A stretch of 64,000 nucleotides of DNA from Gekko japonicus. Its lineage: Eukaryota. A program made the position numbers and the translations under genes. The notes beneath the pieces are model-generated. The model was given only the letters and a program-made list of their open reading frames with translations, did not search any database and was not told where the DNA came from. The stretch covers positions 1 to 64,000 of the forward strand of contig NW_015168656.1 of assembly GCF_001447785.1 (NCBI RefSeq), given 5' to 3'. Positions 25,401-36,238 of this stretch are shown one piece after another (within the stretch, counting starts at the first letter, position 1; each line of letters begins with the position of its first letter).

Positions 25401-26111
25401 TGCCTCCACACATTTTGCTGCTCTACTTACTGCTGCCCCTACCTGCCTGCTTTGTTTTCTCACTTGCCTGGCTGTGAATGTTTCTTTTAGTTTCTCCATC
25501 ATATCCTCCTTCCTTAAAACTGGCTAAGCGATTTCCCAGGTTTGTGGGAAAAATCTCCCTTCTCTGTACATAGCCCAATTATGTGAATTTATTGGTCTGC
25601 ATTTGGAACCATGTCCAGAATTGGAGATATGATTCTAAAATAGTAAAAACATTAAAGGAATTAGGTAAGAAATTTAACAGTACATAATTTTACCTTTAAC
25701 ATCCATAGGAACATATATATGATGCTGGACCTGGACCCATTGTAGATTGATAGATCCAGAGAAGGGGGCCAGGAACAGAGGGGAGACACTTTTCTACAAA
25801 CCCAGGTAACTCTTCAGCTTTGCAGAAGAATAACCTTTTTTAAAAAATGGTAAACCCTCTCCAAGACCACCTGAACCAGGGAAGCACAATCTGCATAAGA
25901 ACAGATAATGTCAGCTTTGAGCACTGGGAATGGTGTGCGATGAGTACTGGTGACATTGCTGCCTTTCCCTCCTTTTTCACTAGTAGTTGGGGGGGGGAAG
26001 AAGCGAGGGTGTTGAGTGCCATGAGGTTAGGGCTATCACCACTGGCCCTACCCCCTCCTTCCATCTCTTCCTCCTAGTTGCCAGCAGGGAAAGAAGAGAG
26101 TTGCTGTAGAC

Positions 26112-26176
26112 CAGGGGTGTCAAACATGACATGGGAGTCAGAACTGGCCTGTCCTGGTATCTGATCCATGAGCAAG
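26112..26176 (+). mobile_element. Left end of a hAT element (same TIR family as the MITE at 3701)
   Basis: CAGGGGTGTCAAACATG...ggcctgtcc...gagcaa parallels 3701-3761. Confidence 0.55.
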
Positions 26177-26984
26177 GAAGAGAGGTTGGTGGCGGTGGCA
26201 AGAGCATCAAAAAGACCTACATCAGATATAGATGGCTGCTCCCTGAAGTCATTTTTTTCATCTTTGAAGGCAAAAGATACAGAATAAACTTGATATTCAA
26301 AGTGGACGATTTCCTAAAAAAACATTGAGAAGACCTGGGAGCTAAAGAAAAGGAAGAAGAAGAGCAAGAATAAGAGGAAGGAAGGAGTGAAGGAGAAGAA
26401 GATCAACAGGATAAAGGTGCAACAGGATCCAAAACAGAGAAAATAAAGAAAAAGGGCAAGATAATACCATATGTCATAGTAACAAGACTGCAAGAGAAGA
26501 ATAAAACTGGAAGCAAAAATATAAAAGCAGCTAAAGATAAATAGGAAAAAGATAAAAATAATTTCCATAAATGTTAACGGCCTGAATGCTCCACAAAAAA
26601 GAAAACAAATATTCTAACAAATCAACAAGATGCAATTAGATGTAGTTTGCTTACAAGAAACTCACATTAAATATTCAGACAAAAAATACTTGGATAGCAA
26701 AAAACTTTGGGAAATTCTTTGTATCTGCGGATAGACAAAAGAAAAAGAGAGGTGTTGTCACTTATGTAAAATAACATTTACACCCTACTAGATGGTTGGC
26801 ATATAAATTATGAAAACAAGCAGATAAGAAACATATACAATTATTGAAAAATGAAAAAGGTGGAGAAAAAAATATTCACAATGAAATAAAGAGTATTGTT
26901 GAAGGGTTTTATAGTAATTTGTATCAAGAAGGGAATTCCAACCAAGATCAGATTAGAGACTTTTTACAAAAATATAACAAAAAA

Positions 26985-27168
26985 GAACACGTGGGCAACT
27001 CGTGGGCACTCAATGAAATTGCTGAGCGGTCGGGTTAGAAAAGATAAAAGGAAGTACTTCTTCACCCAAAGAGTGATTAACTAATGGAATTCACTGCCAC
27101 AGGAAGTGGTGGCAGCTACAAGCATGGACGGCTTCAAAAGGGAATTAGATAAGCATATGGAGCAGAGG
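26985..27168 (+). mobile_element. CR1 fragment nested in the L1
   Basis: TRGHSMKLLSGRVRKDKRKYFFTQRVIN, near-identical to 58881-59060. It lacks the CR1 3' UTR. Confidence 0.85.
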
Positions 27169-27403
27169 TAACTGACCCAATTTCTCTTTCAGAAATAACT
27201 GAAGCTAACAAATATCAAAAAATGAAGAAAATTCCAGGCCCAGATGGGATATCTGCAGACTTTTACCAGATATTTGAGGACCAAATTGCACTACCATTGA
27301 AAGATACCATTAAAAATATATTGGAACTAAAAAAAGCTTTGGTTAAAACAATACACCAGGATCAATCACGATTTTTGCCAAAAAGACAAATGAGAAACAA
27401 TGT

Positions 27404-28208
27404 TTATTTATTTATAAATTCAATTTATAGCCCGCCCTCCCCACAACGCGGGCTCAGGGCAGCTCACAATCAGGCATAAGCCAGCACATAAAACACAATT
27501 AAAACCATTTAAAATCATTTCTACAATATTACAACATTATTATTAAGTGCTCTGGATGTTCCTATCTTCCATAAAGATGACATATTAATACTGTTATACC
27601 CACTCAGTGCTGTCTGTTCCGCTTGGTGCTGTCGTTTTCTCTTCCAGGGCCAGATAATGATGGTACAGTAGTGGCGGCTCCTACTCAAACGCCTGGCAGA
27701 AGAGCTCCGTCTTACAGGCCCTGCAGAACTGTGCAAGGTCCCGCCGAGCCCGGATCTCCTCCGGGAGTTTGTTCCACCAGATAGGAGCTGCCACCGAGAA
27801 GGCTCTGGCCCTGGTAGCAGCCAGCCTGGCCTCCTTGGGGCCTGGCATCGCCAGGAGATGCTGCATCCCCGACTGTAGTGCTCATGGGGGAACATATGGG
27901 CAGTCCCTTAGGTATGCTGGACCCCGGCCATATAGGGCTTTAAAGGTAAGAACCAGCACTTTGAAGCGAATCCGGTATGCTATCGGCAGCCAGTGCAGTG
28001 CTTTCAGAACAGGCTGGTTGTGGTCCCTACTAGGAAGACCCATCAGCAGCCTGGCCGCAGCATTCTACACCAGCTGCAGCTTCCGGATTTGCGACAGAGG
28101 CAGCCCCATGTAGAGAGCGTTACAGTAGTCTAGCCTCGAGGTAACCGTTGCGTGGATCACTGTGGCCAAGTCACTGCAGTTGAGGAAGGGAACCAGCTGC
28201 CGCACCAG
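27404..28208 (-). mobile_element. L2 LINE (3' part) nested in the L1 ORF2
   Basis: DLATVIHATVTSRLDYCNALYMGLP...KLQLV and RARAFSVAAPIWWNKLP...FCRACKTELF. The L1 codons QMRNNV|RTIL rejoin across it, with ATGT on both sides. Confidence 0.9.
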
Positions 28209-30770
28209 ATGTGAGAACCATATTGATTGTATTAGAATTTTTTGAAGCACACCCTGAAAAACAAATGGCATTATTATTTCTGGATGCGGGGGAAAGCCTT
28301 TGACAATCTTAATTGTTCCTTTATGTTGAAACAACGGTTGGCCTGGAACTTTGGAGAATATTTTTATACCATGGTGAGAACAATATACACAACACAATCT
28401 GCAAGAATTATAGTAAATGGTGATCTTATGCAAAATATTAAAATTGGAAAAGGAACAAGACAAGGATGTCCATTATCTCCACTTTTATTTATTTTTGCAC
28501 TGGAAACATTAAACAATATGATCAGAGAAGTCAGTGAAATCAAGGGACTCAGACTCAAAGGAGAGGAGTATAAACTACAGGCATTTGCTGATGACCTGGT
28601 ATTCATATTATAAGAACCTCAAACTTCAATTGTTCAATTTTTACATGTAATAAAAAAATGTGGACAGCATGCTGGCCTGAAGATAAATTATTATTTTTTT
28701 AAAAAAATTAACATTAAATGTTAAAACTGTACAAATGAACAAAAACAAGCCATACAAGATTCCTCAAGATTGGAGGTACAGAAAAAAAATCAAGTATTTA
28801 GGAATAATAATAACCAAGAGATGTAGTTCATTGTTTAAAGACAATTATATGAAACTTTTGGCGGAAATAAAAAAGGATATAGAAAACTGGAAGCATTTTC
28901 AACTATCATTTAAGGGAAGGATAGCAACAGTTAAGATGAATATTTTACCCAGATTGATTTTCCTATTCAAACAATTCAGACAATTCCAATTATAAAGAGT
29001 AAACAATATTTCAAAGAGCTAGAAAAGCTGATAAGACAATTTATTTGGGAAGGTAAAAAGTCAAGAATTAAGTTAAAACTACTACAAGACCCCAAGGAAA
29101 GAGGAGGATTGGCAGTTATATTATAAAGCGGCAGTTCTCACATGAGTTAAAGAATGGGTTACATTGGAAGATATGAGGCTGTTAAAGCTAGAAGGACATG
29201 ATTTAAAACTGGGTTGCATGCCTTCATCTGGTACCAAAAAAGTGGTAACCATAAGTACTTTAAACAACATATATTGAGGGCAGCATTAATAAAGGAATGG
29301 GAGCAAGCCCAGAAACTGTATTACAATAAGATACCAAAATGGGTTTCTCCATTAGAAGCATTCATAAACCCAATGACATTTAGAAAAGAACAGATGTGGA
29401 GATATCAAGACCTGTTAGGTAACCAAAACAAATTAATTCAGCCAGAAAAGTTAAAGGAAAAAGTTATCAACTTGAATTGGTAGGAAAGAGCCCAATTAGC
29501 TTCTAGATATGTGAAAGACAAAACCATGGGATTTTATGATGTACCAGTAGAATTAGATAAAATTGTCTGGTGTGCTGAAGGGAAATATATAAAACTATTT
29601 TATATGTTATTATTAGATATGAAAATGCAAGACGAGGTGGTAAAAGAAGCAATGGTTAAATGGGCATAAAATATAGGTCGTAACATACAACTAGAACAAT
29701 GGGAAAAGGTATGGAAAGTTAATATAAGGCTCACTAAAGCTGTGTCATATAAAGAAAATATATACACAATGTTTTATAGATGGCACATGACACCTGAAAA
29801 TTTAGCGAAATGGTATCCAAATATGTCAGACGTATGTTGGAAATGTAAACTAAAAACTGGTTCTTTTTACCATATGTGGTGGACTTGTGATGTTGTGAAA
29901 AAATATTGGATATGGATACATTAGATAATACAAAACATTCTTGACACAAATGTACCATTCATACCAGAATTGTTTTTATTAAACATTGCACTGCAAAATT
30001 TTAATATACAAGATGTATATATGATTATACAAGTTGCAACTACAGTTAGAATTGTGTATGCAAAATATTGGAAAAAAGAAGAGAACCTACAAAAGAAGAG
30101 CTAATTTTTAGACTTTTAGATGCAGCAGCAATGGACAAACTAACTTTACAACTACATGAAAAACAAGAAGGAAACTGAAAGAAAATGGGCGAGATTTTAT
30201 AATTGGATGCAAAACTACCTTACAGAACTTAAAGTATGAATTACAACAAAAACTTTACAGATATGGCGTAAAAGTAGCTTCTACAATTACATTGTAAACT
30301 AGAGTAGATGTAAGAGTATAGTCTTCATTATGTCAGATTTTTCTGTTCTATTCTTTTTCTTCATTCTGTAGTAACTTTCTATGAAATTAATAAAAATGGT
30401 GTTTTTTTTAAAAAAAAGACCTACATCAGGTTGGCCGACTGGTCCATCTCCCCTCCCCTCAGTTGGGCCAGGTTGCACATGTGTGGCTGCTGCTCCCTCT
30501 CCTGCTCCTGTCAGAGGTGAGGGGTGCCTCCTCCTCAGTTTGCATGAGTAGTGGGCCTCCCTCTTCGCTTCCTTCACCACTGTCCCTGCCACCACCTTCT
30601 TCTCCTCTGCTTGTCTCACTCTTCACTGTGATGCTGGAGAAGCGGCCCTTTGGGATGAGGGAAGGAAGAAGATGGGAGGGAGAAAGTCATTATGTGTGAA
30701 GGTGGTGGTGGTGGTGAGCTGCTGATGGAAACAGGCGTTGTGGCAGTGTAGGAATGGGAATACCATAGTG

Positions 30771-31626
30771 CAGGGGTGGCGAACAAGTTCGACAAAAAGA
30801 GCCAAAATTTTAAACTGTGAGAGTCAGAGAGCCACACCACGCAGTGACCTGCCAAAACAGACAAACACTCACACAAAAGCATATACTTTTAACAATGACG
30901 CCCCGAGGAACTCCCCACACCCTGACCTACCGGCCGTCGCCAGCGCCGAAGACCGGGAGAGGGAGGCAGCGCCCCAACGCCGAACCTCCCCAGAAGACGC
31001 CCGGCTGCACGAGACGACCGCAGGACGCGCTCGGGCGCGGGGGCGAGAGCCCCGGCCCGAGACGCGTGACAGAAGCTGCGACAGGGGAGCAGGGCCGGCG
31101 GCGCGGCCTCAACGGCGACCGGATGACAGGGAGCGCGTGTCCGGTGGGCGTCTACCCGGCGGCGCGCGTCTCCTCTGTTAAAGGGGGGGCGGGGCCGGGA
31201 GTGGAAGAGTGGTGTGGCCCGGGAGTGGGAGGGGGGAGGAAATAAAAGGCGGCCGTAAGAAGGGACCGGGGAGGAGCGACACGGAGCGACTGGCAGAGAG
31301 CAAGAGAAGGGATAGAGAGACGGAGCGTGCCAGAGGTCGTGCGGGAGTGTCGGCAGAGGGGCGCTCGGGGTGACGTCAACCCCGCCCCCTGCCATTCTGA
31401 GGTCCTCTTCTACCCCGTCTTTTCCAAACCCTCGCCTCCAGAGCCACGCCGCTCCTCACGGGGCCCACTCACGTCGTGCCACAACGGCCACTGGGGCGCC
31501 ACCCCCAAGACCAAGGAGGAACGCGACAGAGCCACAATATACAAAATGATGATAAGAGGCAAAGAGCCGCATTAATTTTGGCCGGGAGCCGCATGCGGCT
31601 CTAGAGCCGCGTGTTCGCCACCCCTG
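30771..31626. mobile_element. Young non-autonomous hAT (Charlie/Buster-like) with a CpG-island-like interior
   Basis: Perfect 14-bp TIR CAGGGGTGGCGAAC / GTTCGCCACCCCTG. Perfect 8-bp TSD CCATAGTG (30763-30770, 31627-31634). Confidence 0.95.
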
Positions 31627-31872
31627 CCATAGTGTATATGGGGGGGAGGGGTATAATGTACTGGAGGGAGGGGCACAGAAGGGAGGGGTTAATGTGTGCA
31701 CAATGAGGTGCATAGTGGGCACCACTGGTGTCCAAAAATAGATATTTTTCAGGTTCTGGTCTACTGAAACCAAAAAATATTGGTATTTCCTGCTATTTCC
31801 GAATCCTAATATCGGTATGGTATTGGGATTTGGGAAATAATCGGGATTGCAGAATTTATTTTGCTCCATTAT

Positions 31873-32648
31873 CTAGGGGTCTTAGTAGACCATACACTGA
31901 ACATGAGTCAGCAGTGTGCTGTGGTAGCTAAAAAGGCAAATGCAATTTTGGGCTGTATCAACAGAAGTATAGTATCTAGATCACGCGAATTGATGGTATT
32001 ACTTTACTCTGCTCTGGTTAGACCTCACCTAGAGTACTGTGTTCAGTTTTGGGCACCACAATTTAAGAAGGATATAGACAAGCTGGAACGTGTCTAGAGG
32101 AGGGCAACAAAGATGGTGAGGGGTCTGGAGATCAAGTTCTTTTAGGAAAAGGTGAAGGAGCTGGGTATGTTTAGCCTGGAAAGGAGATGACTGAGAGGTG
32201 ATATGATAAGCATATGAAGGGCTGTCATATAGAGGATGGTGTGGAGTTTTTTTCTGTTGCCCCAGAAGGTCGGAATCAGAAGAGTTTTCGGCTAAACATT
32301 AGGAAGAACTTCCTGACAGTTTAGAGTGGTTCCTCAGTGGAACAGGCTTCCTCAGAAGGTGGTAGGTTCTCCTTTGGAGGTTTTCAAACGGAGGCTAGAT
32401 GGCCATCTTTGATTGTGTGAACTTAGGCAGATCATGAGAGGGAGGGCAGGAAGGGTTGCCTCAGTGCTGAGTTCTCGTGTCCCTTTCTTACATGCCTGGG
32501 GAAATGCTGATTGCTACTTTGGGGTCAGGAAGCAGTTTTTCTCCAGGCCAGTTTGGCCAGGGTCACTGGAGATGTGGGGGGGGAGGTATTTGTGAATTTC
32601 CTGCATTGTGGAGGGGGAGGGACTGGAGGTCCCTTCCAACTCTATGAT
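31873..32648 (+). mobile_element. CR1 LINE 3' fragment
   Basis: [70 protein letters not shown], and CR1 3' end ggtcccttccaactctatgatt. Confidence 0.92.
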
Positions 32649-33174
32649 TATACCCTATGGGTATAATGGAGAAGGGGGTGGATGAACTTGCCCCGCTTCC
32701 AGGTTCACTTGTGCACAATGCGGAAAAGCCATTTAAAGGGAAAGTTCCCCTTAAATGGAATTTGCAAGCCATGCTGTGTGTGAGTGAACTCGAAGTGGGG
32801 CAAGTTCCCTGCAGGGCAGCCAGCCATCAGAAAGGAGGGAGGGAAGAGATCTCCTCCCCCTTTCATTCTGCTGGCTTCCGAGAGCTGTGGCCAGCAGAAA
32901 GGAGGGAGGGAAGATCTCAGATTCTGCTGGTTCTCCACACAGGATCAGCTCCTGGGAGGGCTCTGCTGGGCAGTCCAGTTTCAACCAGACAGCACAGCAG
33001 AGCCCCAGCAGAGCCTGCAGGGAGAGTTCTCTCTATAGGACTGGCTCCTTTGCGGCTCTGTGGGGCAGTCCACTTTGAACCAGGCTGCCCAGCAGAGCCC
33101 CAGCTGAGCCTGCAGGCAAGGAAGGATTAGCTGAGGTGGCGCAGAGCTGTCAGCTCCCACCACCCCAGCCAATC

Positions 33175-33340
33175 TTGGAATATCTGGAGCACTTTATATA
33201 CATAATTTTGTAATGTTGTATAATGTTTTAAATGGTTTTAAAAATGTTTTTATGTGCGGGCGTATGCCTGTCTGTGACCCGCCCTGAGCCCGCTTTTGCG
33301 GGGAGGAAGGGCTATAAATCGAAATAATAAATAAATAAAA
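33175..33340 (+). mobile_element. L2 3' UTR and tail
   Basis: Reverse-complement match to 27404-27570 (gccctgagccc...gggctataaat..(taaa)n). Confidence 0.8.
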
Positions 33341-34772
33341 TCCTGGGCTGACTCCTCTTATAGCTTCGTTTAAACCAAGCTGCAAGAGGTGTGAGCCAGC
33401 CAAGGTGGCATGGAGCTGACAGCTTTGTGCCGCTTTGGCTGGGGCTGGCTCGCCTGAATAAAAGTTGAAAAAAATTGGCTTTTTTCAGGCTAAGCCATAT
33501 TGGTAGCTGCATACAGATTTAATAAATACCCGAAAAATACTGAAGGTATTTTTTTTTAATATATTTATTCGGTTTGGTTTATACCAAATGCACACCCCTA
33601 GTGGGAACAGCACTTGAAAAGCTATGGGAGGGAAGGGGAAATATAGCCCTTGTGGTAAGGGAAGGTGCTGCTGAGTGTTTCGTTTGGGGGGAGGTAGCAT
33701 GCAAAAGCAAGGGTGTAGTTGGAGGCTAAGATAAAACAGGAGTCTTGAGGCACTTTAAAGACTTTTTAACAGGTGGCTGGTGAATCTGTGGAGAATTCCA
33801 GATTTTTGTGGTGCATTCTGAAATCGCTGATTTTATGATCAGCTTAAACTGAGCATAGTAACATGAACCTTGATTGCGGTTTCCACTACTGTTTTAAATT
33901 ACTGTTTTAATTATTTTAACTATTATTGAGCCTTTGTGACTTTGTAACCTGCACTGAGCCCATCCGCGGGGAGGGTGGGATAAAAATTGAAATAAATAAA
34001 TAAATAAATTGAGTGAGTGTTGAGGGTGGTGACTCCAGTTCCTTGGAGAATTTATATTATATGTTTATGTTTTGGGTTGGACCTCTCTAATTGGTGAAGA
34101 AACCCTTCTTCACACACACAAATGCTTCCAGGGTTGCAGGGGGAAATGTTGCTGATCTCATGTAGTGGGAAAGTGTATTTTCAGAGATGGAAGAGGACCC
34201 CTGGGATTACTTGTGCAGAGGTGGGGTGAACAGGAAAAGTTTTTCTATGGTGGAAGGCGTTCTCAAGGCAGATTACACATAGTGAGTCAGTACAGTAAAC
34301 AAAATAGGACATTCACACTGCTCCTCACCTACTGATGAAAGGATGCCACAAATTGCAAGGAAGTGGGGGAGCAGTGTGATGTTGTACTCAAGGATAAACT
34401 TTCTGAAGTTCACATTAGCAAATTTTTACCAGTTTTGGGGTTTGAGTTACCCTGAATTTAAGGCTTTTGCTTCTAAAATTCTTTCTGTGTTTGGGACAAT
34501 GTATGTCTGTGAACAGCTCCTTTTTGTAATAAATGTCAGTAAATGAAAAGTACGTTCTCAGCTTACAGATACATACCTAAACAGCATACTCAAGATTGCT
34601 GCAGCACAGATATTGTCTCTAGATTTTGATGAAATAATTCAGAACAAGAGGTGTCAGTTATCAAAGACTGTTAAAGGAAATACTGCAAGAGTGTTAACGG
34701 TTTAAGCATGTTTGTATTTTGTGTAAAAATAATATTGTTAATGGGGTTTGCCTGTGTCCTTTATAAAGTTTA

Positions 34773-36238
34773 CAAGAGGTGAACCCACGATACTCGCGGG
34801 GGAACTTCTGATTCTCTGACAATTCAGTATAACTCCAAGGCTGAGCAGGAAGTCACCTGGGTCGACTCACTTGAGGTCACAGTCTGCAAACTGAGGGCTA
34901 AGAGCTCATTTGATTCCCCACTCCTCCACTTGCACCTGCTGGATGACCTTGGGCAAGCCATAGTTCTGGCACAACTGTTCTCTCAAGGGCAGTTCTCGTG
35001 AGAAAAAGATGAAGAAGAAGAGATTGGATTTATACCCCGCCTTTCACTGCCCAAAGGAGTCTCAGAGCGTCTTACAAACTCCTTTCCCTTCCCCTCCCCA
35101 CAACAGACACCCGGTGAGGTAGGTGGAGCTGAGAGAGCTCTTGACAGAAACTGCTCTTTTTTGGAGGCCATGGTGAGATCAGTGTAAAATAGAAGAAGGT
35201 GAGACCCCCCCCCCACGAGTTTTGCGGGTCTTCTTCCTTGTCACATTCTAAAGTGGGTATATGACACGGTAGCTTAGCGCCCTGTGTTATTTCATACAAT
35301 AACAGTGAGCTCTAAAGCAGTTACAGCCTTGTAAGCCCATTGACTGTTTAGGACTGCAGTGTAAATAAGTGATGTAGGGGGGCCGGCAAGTGTAACAGAG
35401 GCTGGGGACAGGAAGAGCCTACATCAGTTTCCCCACCCCAATACTTCCACCACTCCCCCGCCCCCCCTTAACAAACCGGGATGACCTGTCCGGCCTGCCT
35501 CCTCACCGTCCTCGTCACTTTTGTTCAGCGGGCGCCTTTACAGCTCCCCCAACACTCCTCCCCTGTCTTTCCATTCCACCCACGGGCCAAACTGAAGGGG
35601 TGGGGCTAAGCAGACACCTAGCCAATCCGCTAAGACAATCCATGGCAAAACACCGGGCGCCCCCGTGGATGAGTCCTCCAGGTTTGCCGCCCCTTGCTTG
35701 TTTTGCAGTAATCATCTTTCTGCGGAGCGGCGTTGAAGCAGTCTGTCTTCCAGCTAGGCCGCTCTCGGGATCCGGGGGCGGCGGCGACTCTGCTGCCTGC
35801 GAGGCGCAGGGACCTGCCGCCTGCTTGGAGGGGAAGGCGGAGCGGCGCCGGTGGCAGCCCCAGTCCAACCAGCGCTGCCCCTTCTGTTACTGCTTCCCTG
35901 CCTCCCGGGCCTCGCTCTTTCCCCCCCCCCCCAGCTCCGAAGCGAGGGCCGAGCGGCTGTTAGCCGCCCGGGCCTCGCTCTCCCCCCTGGCTCCCAAGCG
36001 CCCCCCCGCTCCCAAGCGGCGGCGGCCGCAGAGCGTTCCCTGCGTATGCGCAGGGGACGCTCTGTGACTTTCGGGGGGATTTAAACATCCGCCGATTTTT
36101 TTTCAAGATTTAGGATTTTTGTGCACACGTGGGGACCTCCCCACGTGCGCACAAACATCTCCCTCCCCCCCAGGTCCCCCCGATGCACGGATTTAAGTAT
36201 CCGCACGCACGGGGGGACTTCGGTATTAGATATATAGA
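34773..36238 (-). mobile_element. Non-autonomous Helitron (copy 1)
   Basis: On the - strand it starts TCTATATATCTAATAC and ends with hairpin CCCGCGA-GTA-TCGTGGG, 7 nt and CTTG. It sits between A and T with no TSD. Removing it restores the hAT sequence ttataaagttta|tatttctgg seen uninterrupted at ~3956-3976. Confidence 0.88.
34905..35160. mobile_element. Two Squam3-like SINE halves in opposite orientation inside the Helitron
   Basis: 34905-35003 is a 5' half on + (tgattccccactcctccac...). 35004-35160 is a 3' half with its tail on -. Confidence 0.85.

Larger units (their letters stand above)
26226..30412 (+). mobile_element. L1 LINE, 5'-truncated in ORF1, with a degenerate ORF2 and nested CR1 and L2 insertions
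   Basis: 17-bp TSD aaaaagacctacatcag (26209-26225 / 30413-30429). ORF1 C-terminus YRWLLPE...EGKRYRI, endonuclease INVNGLNAPQKRK...CLQETHI, PGPDG, RT GTRQGCPLSPLLF...FADD, zinc knuckle CWKC...FYHMWWTC, AATAAA and A tail. Confidence 0.95.
31723..33600. mobile_element. Non-autonomous DNA transposon (TAGGGGTGTGCA-type end), hosting a CR1 and an L2 tail
   Basis: Right end tttataccaaatgcacacccta; a related left end is at 45396. Possible TSD gtgggcac / gtgggaac. The left TIR is degenerate. Confidence 0.45.

Noticed and set aside
30738-31575. 147-168 aa ORFs within the hAT interior
   Set aside because: GC-driven open frames with no domain. The segment looks regulatory or UTR-like rather than coding.
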